Below, one piece after another: positions 48,860-57,549 of a DNA stretch of 64,000 bases. Position 1 is the first letter of the stretch, and every line of letters begins with the position of its first letter. The stretch is from Syntrophales bacterium (lineage in GTDB: Bacteria > Desulfobacterota > Syntrophia > Syntrophales > UBA6807). The notes below the pieces were generated by a model that worked only from the letters and a program-made list of their open reading frames with translations, did not search any database and was not told where the DNA came from. The stretch is taken from assembly GCA_040767195.1 (NCBI GenBank), contig JAXGPA010000001.1, forward strand, positions 928,419 to 992,418, given 5' to 3'. The position numbers and the translations under genes are program-made.

Positions 48860-50170
48860 TTAAGCCCTTTTTGGCGGCTTGGACAGGGCGGTGAGAATAA
48901 CGCCGGCGAGACAGGCGACGGCGGCGATGGTGAAGGGCGTGATCCAGATGGCCGGGTCGGGATTTCCCTTGGCGGCATCCTTGAAGAAGGCGGCGATCTG
49001 GGGGCCCACAACGCCGGCGACACCATAGGAAACAAAGATGTATCCGTAGTTGAGTCCCACGTTCTTGTTTCCGAAGTAGTCCGCCGTGGCCGCCGGGAAA
49101 AGGGCGAAGTTCCCGCCGAAATTGAAGCCGATGATGCAGGCGCCGGCGGTCAGGGTCGCCGGAACGCTCCCCATCTTGTAAAACATGAACATGATAATGC
49201 TCTGGAAGAGGCACATGAGGAGGATAGCCATTTTCCGGCCAATCTTGTCGGACACCGTCCCCCAGACGATCCTGCCGAGGCCGTTGAAGATGGCCAGGAA
49301 GGCCAGGGCCGTTCCCGTGACGGCCGAGGCCTCCGCCGCGCTGATTCCCACGGATTGAAGGATATCCATGCCGAAGAGCTTGATGTTTCCGATGACCATG
49401 AGGCCGGCGATGGCGGAAAAGTGAAAGGTGAACCACATCATGTAGAACTGGGGGGTCCTTATCATTTCACCGGGGTTGAAATTGTCCATGCCGAGAGCGG
49501 AGGCGCCCGTCGCCGTGGGTTCCGGCGGCGTCCACCCTTCAGGAAGCCACCCCGCCGGGGGGTCGATCATGACGACGCTGCCGGCAAAAACGAGGAGAAA
49601 GAAAAGAATGCCATACAGGAAAAAGGTGCTCTGAACGCCGCCGAGACCGAAGAAGTTCAACGTTTCGAGGAGGTTGAACCAGGTACCCGCTGATTTGACC
49701 CAGATCATGGCGCCGAATCCGAATCCCGCCACGGCGAGCCCCGTCACCATGCCTTTCTTGTCGGGGAACCATTTGACACCTACGGCGATGGGCACGGCGT
49801 ATCCCAGGCCGATCCCGAACCCGCCGATGATGCCGATGAACAGCAGCTGGGCGAAGAAGGAACTTCCGAAGAGACCGCCCAGCATGTAACCGGCGCCGAG
49901 AACGACGGCGCTCGCCACGGCGAGCTTCCGGGGACCCGTTTTGCCCATGATCCTGCCGGAGAGAATGATGGTGAACGAAAAAACGAGAAGGCCGATGGAG
50001 AAGATCCAGTTCGCCTGGGAAGCGCTGAATCCATACATACCCCCCTCGGCGATGGGTTTGATGAGTTTAGGTGTGAAGACCGACCAGGCGTAGATCGCAC
50101 CGAGACAGAGCTGAATGAGAACAGCCCCGATGACAACGAGCCAACGATTCATTACCTTTTCTTGAGCCAT
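48860..50170 (-). CDS. MFS transporter, oxalate/formate antiporter (OFA) family
   Basis: 436 aa with 12 TM segments. The N-terminal RWLVVIGAVLIQLCLGAIYAWSVF is typical of the OFA family. Confidence 0.88.
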   Translation of the reverse strand: MAQEKVMNRWLVVIGAVLIQLCLGAIYAWSVFTPKLIKPIAEGGMYGFSASQANWIFSIGLLVFSFTIILSGRIMGKTGPRKLAVASAVVLGAGYMLGGLFGSSFFAQLLFIGIIGGFGIGLGYAVPIAVGVKWFPDKKGMVTGLAVAGFGFGAMIWVKSAGTWFNLLETLNFFGLGGVQSTFFLYGILFFLLVFAGSVVMIDPPAGWLPEGWTPPEPTATGASALGMDNFNPGEMIRTPQFYMMWFTFHFSAIAGLMVIGNIKLFGMDILQSVGISAAEASAVTGTALAFLAIFNGLGRIVWGTVSDKIGRKMAILLMCLFQSIIMFMFYKMGSVPATLTAGACIIGFNFGGNFALFPAATADYFGNKNVGLNYGYIFVSYGVAGVVGPQIAAFFKDAAKGNPDPAIWITPFTIAAVACLAGVILTALSKPPKRA

Positions 50171-50288
50171 GCTCCCTCCTAAATTAAGTTGTTCAAAAAA
50201 CTCAATGATCCCGAATTTCCCGGGCGGGCAAAATTGCCCGTTTGAGTATTAAAAAAAAAGGGAATTGTCAATTGAAAAAAAAGGGGGG

Positions 50289-50864
50289 TCACGGCCCGGA
50301 AAGCGCCGCCAGGTCCGTTTCGGTATTGATGTTCATGAACATCCGGCCTTCAGGGTCGAAGGAGGCGATGACTTCCGGCGGTATCACGCAGGTCCGGGCC
50401 TTTCTGAAAAGAAGGGCGATCTTCAGGCGTTCCTCCCCGATCATCCTTTCCATGGCCGGGATCAGCCGCCGGGCGTAGACGGCGTGGAGGGGCTGGAACC
50501 CGTCGGGAGAGCGCGGCACCACGATGTCTTTTTCCGGGGCCCGGGCCAACAAGAACCGTATGAACGATTCGTCCAGGTACGGCATGTCGCAGGCGGCGAC
50601 GAAGCCGTGTTCGCAGGCGGCGTAAAGAAGTCCCGAATAAATGCCCCCGAGAGACCCCTTCCCCTTGATCACATCCGTTACGATGCGGCAATCATAGGTG
50701 ACATAGTCCAGGGGCGAGTTGGTGACGATGAGAATTTCCCGGAAGAGTTTCCGGTAAACCGCCAGGATGCGTTCAATGAGAGGTTTCCCGTCGATGACGA
50801 GAAAGGCCTTGTTTTTTCCACCCATGCGCCGGTTCTGGCCCCCGGCGAGAATGATCCCCGTCAT
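50289..50864 (-). CDS. mobA: Molybdenum cofactor guanylyltransferase
   Basis: 191 aa. MTGIILAGGQNRRMGGKNKAFL. ATGA overlap with the upstream Fe-ADH stop. Confidence 0.87.
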   Translation of the reverse strand: MTGIILAGGQNRRMGGKNKAFLVIDGKPLIERILAVYRKLFREILIVTNSPLDYVTYDCRIVTDVIKGKGSLGGIYSGLLYAACEHGFVAACDMPYLDESFIRFLLARAPEKDIVVPRSPDGFQPLHAVYARRLIPAMERMIGEERLKIALLFRKARTCVIPPEVIASFDPEGRMFMNINTETDLAALSGP

Positions 50865-52048
50865 GTCCGCTCCTCGTCGAAGTGAACGGTGCATCGTTTC
50901 AGGACGTCCAGGATAACGTCCTTCGTGTATTCTTCCAGTTGCCAGACCTCGGCGAGGGCGAGGGCGTGCTCCGCGATGTCGTCCACGCTTCCCTCGGGGA
51001 TGCCGCCCTCCTGCAGGGTGACGGGGGCCCCGATCATCTGGAACCAGGCCTTGAGGAACCGGCCGCCCCGGCGTGCGGCCGTCCGGTCGTCCCGATCCTC
51101 GACGCCGAAGATTTCCCGGCCGAAACGGGCAAGTTTTCGAGGGTCCCGGGTGCTTTGAAAAGACATCCAGGCGGGAAGAAGGATGGAAAGGCCGGCTCCG
51201 TGGGGAAGATCGTAAAGGGCGCTCAGGGAGTGCTCGATCATGTGAACGGGAAGGGTCACCCGGCCCCGGCCCGCCGTGGTGAGACCGTTGAAGGCCAGGA
51301 CGGCGGACCACATCATGGCGGCCCGGGCCTCGTAGTTCCGGGGTTCCCGAAGGATGACCTCGGTATTTTCCATGATCGTCCGGATGAGCGCCTCGACGAG
51401 GCGGTCCTGAAGGGTGCTTTCCGTTGCCGTATGATTGAAATATCCCTCCAGGGCGTGGGTAATGGCGTCCACGGCGCTGTATGCGCTGTAGGCGGGATTA
51501 AGGGAAAAAAGGACGGAGGGGTCGAGAATGGATGTCCGGGGGTTGAGAAGGGGGGAGCGGGCGCTGAACTTGCGGGCCCCCTCTTCTTTCGTGATGACCG
51601 CCGCCCCGTTCATTTCGGAGGCGCTTGCTGAAACGGTGGGCACGGTAAACACGGGAAGGGCCCGTTTCACCGTTTTCCGAAAGAGAAAGAAATCCCACAC
51701 GTCATGCTCCGCGGGGACCCCGGCGGCGATGGCCTTCGCCGTGTCCATGACGCTTCCGCCTCCCACGGCGAGAAGGACGTCCACCTTTTCCCGACGGGCC
51801 GCGTCGATCCCCTCGTAAACCCGTGAGAGCACCGGGTTGGACCGGACACCGGGAAGCTCCACCCGGTGGATGCCCCGTCCTTCGAGGGCCCGAACGACCT
51901 GATCGTAGATCCCGTTTTCCCGGATGCTGCCCTGGCCGTAGACAAAGAGGGCCCGTTTCCCGACAGGCTCGATTTCCCGCCCCAGTTCGGCGATTTTACC
52001 GCGGCCGAAAATGATCTTCGTGGGGTTGTGAAACATGAAGTCTTCCAT
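50861..52048 (-). CDS. Iron-containing alcohol dehydrogenase (butanol dehydrogenase-like)
   Basis: 395 aa from ATG 52048. FHNPTKIIFGRG, GGGSVMDTAKA, and metal His motifs (HALEGY, HSLSALY). Confidence 0.9.
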   Translation of the reverse strand: MEDFMFHNPTKIIFGRGKIAELGREIEPVGKRALFVYGQGSIRENGIYDQVVRALEGRGIHRVELPGVRSNPVLSRVYEGIDAARREKVDVLLAVGGGSVMDTAKAIAAGVPAEHDVWDFFLFRKTVKRALPVFTVPTVSASASEMNGAAVITKEEGARKFSARSPLLNPRTSILDPSVLFSLNPAYSAYSAVDAITHALEGYFNHTATESTLQDRLVEALIRTIMENTEVILREPRNYEARAAMMWSAVLAFNGLTTAGRGRVTLPVHMIEHSLSALYDLPHGAGLSILLPAWMSFQSTRDPRKLARFGREIFGVEDRDDRTAARRGGRFLKAWFQMIGAPVTLQEGGIPEGSVDDIAEHALALAEVWQLEEYTKDVILDVLKRCTVHFDEERT

Positions 52049-52256
52049 GGCGGTTCCTTCCCCTTGTGCCCTCTTTGTCAGTCTTTCCATGGGGAGGCAA
52101 ACGGTTTTCCGACCGGGACACCGGTTCACGATCTTCTCCCCCTATATCGGAGACCCTTCCGTCCTGTCAAGGAATCCCTGGCTTTCCGTTTCCTTTGACA
52201 TTAGCCGTTTCCCTGTAGTATGACAAATCCACCTGTCTCAATGTTTTCGAGGTTAC

Positions 52257-53000
52257 ATGGTGACCACTGCAACGGGCGACCCCTCCCTCCAGGACCCTCT
52301 TCCCAGGATCCTCGAAGACGGGGTCCGGGCGGCCTGGCCCATCTGCCTGGGTTATCTTCCCATCGGTCTCGCTTTCGGCGTCATCGCCCAGAAGGGCGGC
52401 CTGTCCCCTTTTGAAATCGGTCTCATGTCCCTTCTCGTTTTTGCCGGAAGTTCCCAGTTCATCGCCCTTTCCATGATGGGGTCGGGCGCCGGTCTTCCCG
52501 CCATCGTCATGACCACGTTTCTGGTGAATTTTCGCCACTTCCTGATGAGTTCGACCCTGGCCGTCCGGCTTCGGGGCATTCCGCAGAAATGGATTTCCCT
52601 TTATGCCTACGGCATCACGGACGAAAGCTTTGCCCTCAACCTGACGCGCTTTCAGGAGGGACCCTGGGACTGGAAACGGGCTTTCGTGGTGAACCAGACG
52701 GCCAATGTCGCCTGGATCGGGAGCACCGTGCTGGGCGGGGCGGGAGGAACCTTCCTGCCCGCGGGGGCTTTCGGCATGGATTTCGCCCTTCCGGCCATGT
52801 TTCTCTGTCTTCTGGTATTTCAGCTCAAGGGGGCTTTCCACGGGTCCGCCGCCCTGTTCGCCGGGGGATCGGCCGTGGTTCTATCCCTTCTCTTCGAGGG
52901 GAACGGGCACATCGTCGCCGCTTCGCTCCTGGGGGCGACGGCGGGCCTCTTCCTGAAAAAGGCCTTTTCCCGGGGAAGAGGGAAAGAAGAAAGACAATGA
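52257..53000 (+). CDS. azlC: AzlC-family branched-chain amino acid exporter subunit
   Basis: 247 aa. LGYLPIGLAFGV and FAGSSQF motifs. Confidence 0.87.
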   Translation: MVTTATGDPSLQDPLPRILEDGVRAAWPICLGYLPIGLAFGVIAQKGGLSPFEIGLMSLLVFAGSSQFIALSMMGSGAGLPAIVMTTFLVNFRHFLMSSTLAVRLRGIPQKWISLYAYGITDESFALNLTRFQEGPWDWKRAFVVNQTANVAWIGSTVLGGAGGTFLPAGAFGMDFALPAMFLCLLVFQLKGAFHGSAALFAGGSAVVLSLLFEGNGHIVAASLLGATAGLFLKKAFSRGRGKEERQ

Positions 53001-53323
53001 CGGACCACCTTCTTCTTTTCGCGGCCATGGGGGTGGTGACCTACCTGCCCCGCTGGATTCCCCTGTATCTCCTCGCGGGCCGCCATCTCCCCGGGATCTG
53101 GGTCGAGTGGCTCGAACTCATTCCCCCGGCCATTCTCAGCGCCCTCATCGCCCCCGCCCTTTTGACCGCCGGGAGTCCCAGGCATTTCGATTTCCTGACG
53201 CCCGAGTTCCTGGTGGCCCTTCCCACCTTCGCCGTCGCCTGGAAAACCCGATCCCTGGCGGTGACCGTTCTGACGGGCATGTTTCTTTACTGGCTCGCGG
53301 GACTGTATCTCTGCCAGGGTTGA
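52997..53323 (+). CDS. azlD: AzlD-family small membrane subunit
   Basis: 108 aa with 3-4 TM segments. ATGA overlap with the azlC stop; YLPRW motif. Confidence 0.8.
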   Translation: MTDHLLLFAAMGVVTYLPRWIPLYLLAGRHLPGIWVEWLELIPPAILSALIAPALLTAGSPRHFDFLTPEFLVALPTFAVAWKTRSLAVTVLTGMFLYWLAGLYLCQG

Positions 53324-54246
53324 CGGCCGTGACGGAAACGAATCGTCCGATCCCGGCACGTCCCGATTCCGTGGTGTATGCCAGGCTTCTTGTTACCGCC
53401 CTTTTCTGGGGCGGCACGTTCATAGCTGGAAGATCCCTGTCCCAGGACATGGCGCCTTTTTCCGCCGCCTTTCTCAGGTTTGCCTTTGCCTCCCTCTTTC
53501 TGGTCACCATGGTTTCTTACAGGGAAGGGGGCCTTCCCAGGCCTGAAAAAAGCATTCTCGTTTCCTTGTTTTTCCTCGGGATGACGGGTGTTTTTCTGTA
53601 TAATTTCTTCTTTTTTTCAGGGCTCAGGTTCATCCCCGCCGGCCGGGCGTCTCTCATCATCGCGGCAAATCCCGTCTTCATCGCCCTGTTCGCCGCCGTT
53701 TTTTTTCGGGAAAAACTTTCGCCTCTTCGGATTTTCGGAATCCTTCTTTGTGTCACCGGGGCCGTCACCGTCATATCGCGAGGGAATCTGCCGTCCCTTT
53801 TTACCGGAGACATCGGCCGGGGGGAGCTTCTCATCCTCGGCTGCGTGGCCAGCTGGGTCCTCTATTCCCTGATCGGGAAGCACGTCATGGGACGAATGTC
53901 CCCCATGGCGGCCGTGACGTGGTCCTGTATCATCGGCGCGGCAGCCCTCCTGCCGGCGGCGGCGGCGGAAGGCCTTTTCCCCGCTCTCCGGGACATTTCA
54001 CCGAAAAACTGGGCAAGCCTTTTTTATCTCGGTTTTTTCGGTTCCGCTCTCGGCTTTACATGGTACTACGACGGGATTTTGCGGATCGGCCCCTCCCGGG
54101 CGGGGATTTTCATCAACTTCGTACCGCTTTTCGCCGTTGCCCTTGCTTTCGTGATTCTCCATGAATCCCTGGACAGGAGCCTCCTGGCAGGCGCTTTCCT
54201 CGTTATATCCGGTGCATATCTTACGAATCGAAAAACCGCGGCTTGA
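53320..54246 (+). CDS. EamA/DMT-family transporter
   Basis: Ten-TM pattern with two EamA halves (LLVTALFWGGTFIAGR...). The start is uncertain (TTG 53320 or GTG 53329). The track ORF 53107 overlaps azlD. Confidence 0.83.
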   Translation: MTAVTETNRPIPARPDSVVYARLLVTALFWGGTFIAGRSLSQDMAPFSAAFLRFAFASLFLVTMVSYREGGLPRPEKSILVSLFFLGMTGVFLYNFFFFSGLRFIPAGRASLIIAANPVFIALFAAVFFREKLSPLRIFGILLCVTGAVTVISRGNLPSLFTGDIGRGELLILGCVASWVLYSLIGKHVMGRMSPMAAVTWSCIIGAAALLPAAAAEGLFPALRDISPKNWASLFYLGFFGSALGFTWYYDGILRIGPSRAGIFINFVPLFAVALAFVILHESLDRSLLAGAFLVISGAYLTNRKTAA

Positions 54247-54264
54247 AAATGTTCAAGATGTTCC

Positions 54265-54292
54265 TTGACGGGCCTGGAAATTGCTTTATATT
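54265..54292 (+). promoter_or_regulatory. Sigma70-type promoter candidate for the TlpA-like gene
   Basis: TTGACG (54265-54270), a 16-nt spacer, then TATATT (54287-54292), about 35 nt upstream of ATG 54327. Confidence 0.5.
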
Positions 54293-54326
54293 GGAAAAAC
54301 AGTAAAATGAAATTCGAGGGAACGAC

Positions 54327-54818
54327 ATGAAGCGAAAGCTGCTGTTAGTATTCTTTTTCATGATTGTCCTTCTCCCTGTCGCCCTGTCCGGCGACAGGGT
54401 GGAGGGGAAAAACACGGTGACCCCCATCGATCACGCCGGTTTTCAGGGCATTCTCAAAAACGCGTCCTGCCCAGTCATGGTCGTCGCCATGGCTGCATGG
54501 TGCGCGCCCTGCCGGGAAGAGCTCCCGACGCTCGGCAATCTTTACCGGAAATACAAGGACAAGGGGTTCAACATGATCGGCCTCAGCCTGGATGTAGGAG
54601 GGCCCGGGGTGATCCAGCCCATCGTGGACAGGATGGACGTTCCTTTTCCTGTTTTCTGGGGGGGCGATAAGCTGGCCTTTCGATACCGCATCTCGGCCAT
54701 ACCCCTTATCATGATCGTCCACAAGGGCGAAGTGAAGGAAAAGATCATCGGTCAGCGTTCCGAATCGTTCCTTGAAGAAAAAGTGACCGCCATGCTGACC
54801 GAGTGCAAGGCCCTGTAA
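54327..54818 (+). CDS. TlpA/ResA-like periplasmic thiol:disulfide oxidoreductase (thioredoxin fold)
   Basis: 163 aa. Signal/anchor MKRKLLLVFFFMIVLLPVALSG, the active site WCAPC, and the cis-Pro region ISAIPL. Confidence 0.85.
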   Translation: MKRKLLLVFFFMIVLLPVALSGDRVEGKNTVTPIDHAGFQGILKNASCPVMVVAMAAWCAPCREELPTLGNLYRKYKDKGFNMIGLSLDVGGPGVIQPIVDRMDVPFPVFWGGDKLAFRYRISAIPLIMIVHKGEVKEKIIGQRSESFLEEKVTAMLTECKAL

Positions 54819-54975
54819 CGCCGTCTTTTGGTCTTTTTGCACCATGACAGTCTCGCGAACTACAGCGCCGGGACAGGGGGCCGAAGACCGGGATAGCGCA
54901 GCGGTCCGATGCCGGACCTGGAAATTACCGGTGCCGCACCGGTGCTTTTGTCGAAACCGTCAAGGTGGTGGGAAA

Positions 54976-55107
54976 GTGAAAAACCTGCCTTTTCTGGTCA
55001 TCGTTCTGTCCCTCCTTCTTTTTCTCGGCGGTCTGAACCTGGGGGAACCCGCTTTCGTCTGGGAGCGGGCCGTCCGGATCTGCCTCAGCTGTATCGGGAT
55101 CGGGTGA
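54976..55107 (+). CDS. 43-aa single-TM CXXC micro-protein (resembles the 'CD1871A family CXXC motif-containing protein')
   Basis: GTG 54976 follows GGTGGTGGG. The sequence VKNLPFLVIVLSLLLFLGGLNLGEPAFVWERAVRICLSCIGIG has an N-terminal TM helix and a C-terminal C-L-S-C-IGIG motif. Its stop overlaps the next ATG by 1 nt (TGATG). The family name is recalled from memory. Confidence 0.6.
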   Translation: MKNLPFLVIVLSLLLFLGGLNLGEPAFVWERAVRICLSCIGIG

Positions 55108-56072
55108 TGGAGTTCCTTCGCCGCTGGGTTCAGGCCGTCGCGACAGCCCTCACGAACGGGTACCTTGTCTTTCCCTGGACAAAGACGATCTACCAGGGAA
55201 GGCTGAAAGCCTTCTGTGTTCCAGGACTTAACTGTTATTCCTGCCCCGCCGCCGCCGGGGCCTGCCCCCTGGGCGCCCTCCAGAACTTTTTCGCCTATTT
55301 TCGCGCCGGCCTGCGGGAGGGGATTTTCATGCCGGGGATCTACGTTGTCGGGTTCCTCGGGATTCTGGGCGGGTTTGTCGGAAGAATGCCATGCGCCTGG
55401 CTTTGCCCTTTCGGCCTTTTACAGGAGCTCCTCCACAAGATCCCGTCACCCAAGAAGGAATTTCCGTTCTTCCTCCGCTTCGTCAAATACGGCTTCCTCC
55501 TCTTCTTCGTTTTACTGCTCCCCCTTCTCGTGGTGGACGAATTCGGTTATGGGGTTACCTGGTTCTGTAAATTCGTCTGTCCCGCCGGCACCCTCGAGGC
55601 CGGTCTCCCCATGATGGCTCTTGAACCGGGGTTCCGGGATCTCGCCGGGGTCCTCTTCAGCTGGAAAGTTTCTCTTCTCGTCCTCTTCGTGGCGGCGGCC
55701 GTCGCGTACCGGCGCCCGTTCTGCCGGGTCGTCTGCCCCCTGGGAGCGATCTATTCCCTCTTCAACCGCGTCAGCCTGTTCCGGATGACTTACCACCCCG
55801 ATCGCTGCATTCACTGCGGGGCCTGCGCCCGGAACTGCCCCATGGGGGTCCGTCCCTACGAAGCGGTCAACCAGGCAGACTGCATACGGTGCCTGCGGTG
55901 CGTCTACGAGTCCTGTCCCACGGGGGCCCTTTCCTGGGGAATACCGTCAAAAAAGAGCGTCCATGAGGTCTCTCACGTGGGCGATGGGAACAAGGTCGAG
56001 CCCCTCCCGGGACAGGTTCTCCCCGGGAACGCTCCGGGGGAGAAGGATCCTGGCGAACCCCATCTTCGATGA
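55107..56072 (+). CDS. NapH/MauN-like integral-membrane polyferredoxin (4Fe-4S binding protein)
   Basis: Four CxxCP-type motifs in the membrane domain (CYSCP, CAWLCPFG, CKFVCPAG, CRVVCPLG). Two cytoplasmic [4Fe-4S] motifs (CIHCGACARNCP, CIRCLRCVYESCP). The 3' tail overlaps radA by 126 nt. Confidence 0.85.
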   Translation: MEFLRRWVQAVATALTNGYLVFPWTKTIYQGRLKAFCVPGLNCYSCPAAAGACPLGALQNFFAYFRAGLREGIFMPGIYVVGFLGILGGFVGRMPCAWLCPFGLLQELLHKIPSPKKEFPFFLRFVKYGFLLFFVLLLPLLVVDEFGYGVTWFCKFVCPAGTLEAGLPMMALEPGFRDLAGVLFSWKVSLLVLFVAAAVAYRRPFCRVVCPLGAIYSLFNRVSLFRMTYHPDRCIHCGACARNCPMGVRPYEAVNQADCIRCLRCVYESCPTGALSWGIPSKKSVHEVSHVGDGNKVEPLPGQVLPGNAPGEKDPGEPHLR

Positions 56073-57308
56073 TTCCCGGACCCGGGCGTCGATCCTGCCG
56101 ACTCCCCGGATTTCCCCGGTCAGTCCCACCTCGCCGCACACCACCGTGCGGCGGTCGATGGGCCGGTTCAGAAAACTGGACAGGAGGGAGGACACGATCC
56201 CCACATCGACGGCCGGTTCGTTAAGCCGAACCCCCCCGGCCACATTCATGTAAATGTCGTGGTTGTTGAGGTTGAACCCGCCGATCCGGTCCATGACCGC
56301 CGCGAGGAGGGACACCCGGTTGTGGTCCACGCCGATGGTTGTCCGCCGGGGCATGCCGAACTGGGTCTCGCTCGTCAGGGCCTGAATTTCCACGAGAATG
56401 GGCCTTGTGCCTTCCATGCTCGGAACGACGACGGAGCCGGGGGCCCCTTCCGGCCTTTCCGTCAGAAAAAGGGCGGAAGGATTGGCCACCTCGGTGAGCC
56501 CCCTCTCGCCCATTTCGAAAACACCGATTTCATTGCTCGGCCCGTAGCGGTTTTTCACGCTCCGGACGATGCGGAACGGGTGGCCCGATTCACCCTGGAA
56601 ATAGAGAACGGCATCCACCATGTGCTCCAGCACCCGGGGACCGGCGATGGACCCGTCCTTGGTGACATGGCCGATGAGAAAGACGGGAATGCCCGTTTTC
56701 TTGGCCAGGAGAATGAGTTGCTCCGACGATTCCCGGACCTGTCCCACGCTTCCCGGGGCGGAGGCGAGATCGGCGGAATAGAGCGTCTGTATGGAATCCA
56801 CGACCACGACATGGGGTGCCGCCGACCGGATTTCCCTGAGGATTTTTTCCAGGGCGATTTCCACGTAGACGAGGAGGTTTTCCGACGAGGCCCCGACCCG
56901 GCTTCCCCGGAGCTTGATTTGCCTCGCCGACTCTTCTCCCGAAATGTAAAGTCCCCGGTTTCCCCTTCGGGCGAGGGCCTCCACGACCTGGAGCATGAGG
57001 GTGGATTTTCCGATTCCCGGGTCGCCGCCCACGAGAACGGAAGACCCCGGGACAATGCCGCCGCCGAGGACCCGGTCCATCTCTGCGATTCCCGTGAGGA
57101 TCCTTTCCCCGTCGTCCGCCTCGATCCGGTCGATGGGAACGGGGCCGTCGTCCTTTCCGGGACCGGAATAGCGGGGATATCCCGAGTCGCTGCGGGTTCC
57201 CCGTTCTTCAACGAACCGGTTCCACTCTCCGCAGGCGGGACATCGACCCAACCACTTGGGCGACTCGTAACCGCAGCTCTGACAGAAAAAGAGCGTTTTT
57301 TCCTTCAT
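55947..57308 (-). CDS. radA: DNA repair protein RadA/Sms
   Basis: 453 aa. Zinc finger CQSCGYESPKWLGRCPACGEW, Walker A GDPGIGKST, the KNRYGP motif, and a Lon-like C-domain. Confidence 0.95.
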   Translation of the reverse strand: MKEKTLFFCQSCGYESPKWLGRCPACGEWNRFVEERGTRSDSGYPRYSGPGKDDGPVPIDRIEADDGERILTGIAEMDRVLGGGIVPGSSVLVGGDPGIGKSTLMLQVVEALARRGNRGLYISGEESARQIKLRGSRVGASSENLLVYVEIALEKILREIRSAAPHVVVVDSIQTLYSADLASAPGSVGQVRESSEQLILLAKKTGIPVFLIGHVTKDGSIAGPRVLEHMVDAVLYFQGESGHPFRIVRSVKNRYGPSNEIGVFEMGERGLTEVANPSALFLTERPEGAPGSVVVPSMEGTRPILVEIQALTSETQFGMPRRTTIGVDHNRVSLLAAVMDRIGGFNLNNHDIYMNVAGGVRLNEPAVDVGIVSSLLSSFLNRPIDRRTVVCGEVGLTGEIRGVGRIDARVRESSKMGFARILLPRSVPGENLSREGLDLVPIAHVRDLMDALF

Positions 57309-57549
57309 CGGGGCGCTTGAGGGTCTTCCTTCGAAAACAGAGGATTTTCTCCACTATAGGGCCCTTTGGGGCTCTCGTCAACTGAAAGGAAACCCCTTGT
57401 TTAAAGGTGTAATATCTGATATCTGAATTTTCTTGGAATAACGAGGAAAGAGAGCAGGGGGCGCGGTAAAGGAGGTTGAAAAAGGGCTGTCATCGCGGAG
57501 GGATTGACCTCCGTGGCCCCCTATCACGAAAGAGAGGTTTCGAAGAGAC

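Noticed and set aside
54844-54975. The ATG 54844 extended version (87 aa) of the CXXC micro-ORF
   Set aside because: The extra 44 codons are Arg/Cys-rich and overlap the hairpin/palindrome region. GTG 54976 has a proper SD and yields the compact TM-plus-CXXC architecture.
55947-56072. A 126-nt convergent overlap between the polyferredoxin 3' end and the radA 3' end, as a possible antisense regulatory device
   Set aside because: The polyferredoxin domains end at about 55940. The remaining 41 codons simply run on until the first stop in a GC-biased antisense frame. The overlap is real but probably incidental, and I have no evidence for a function.
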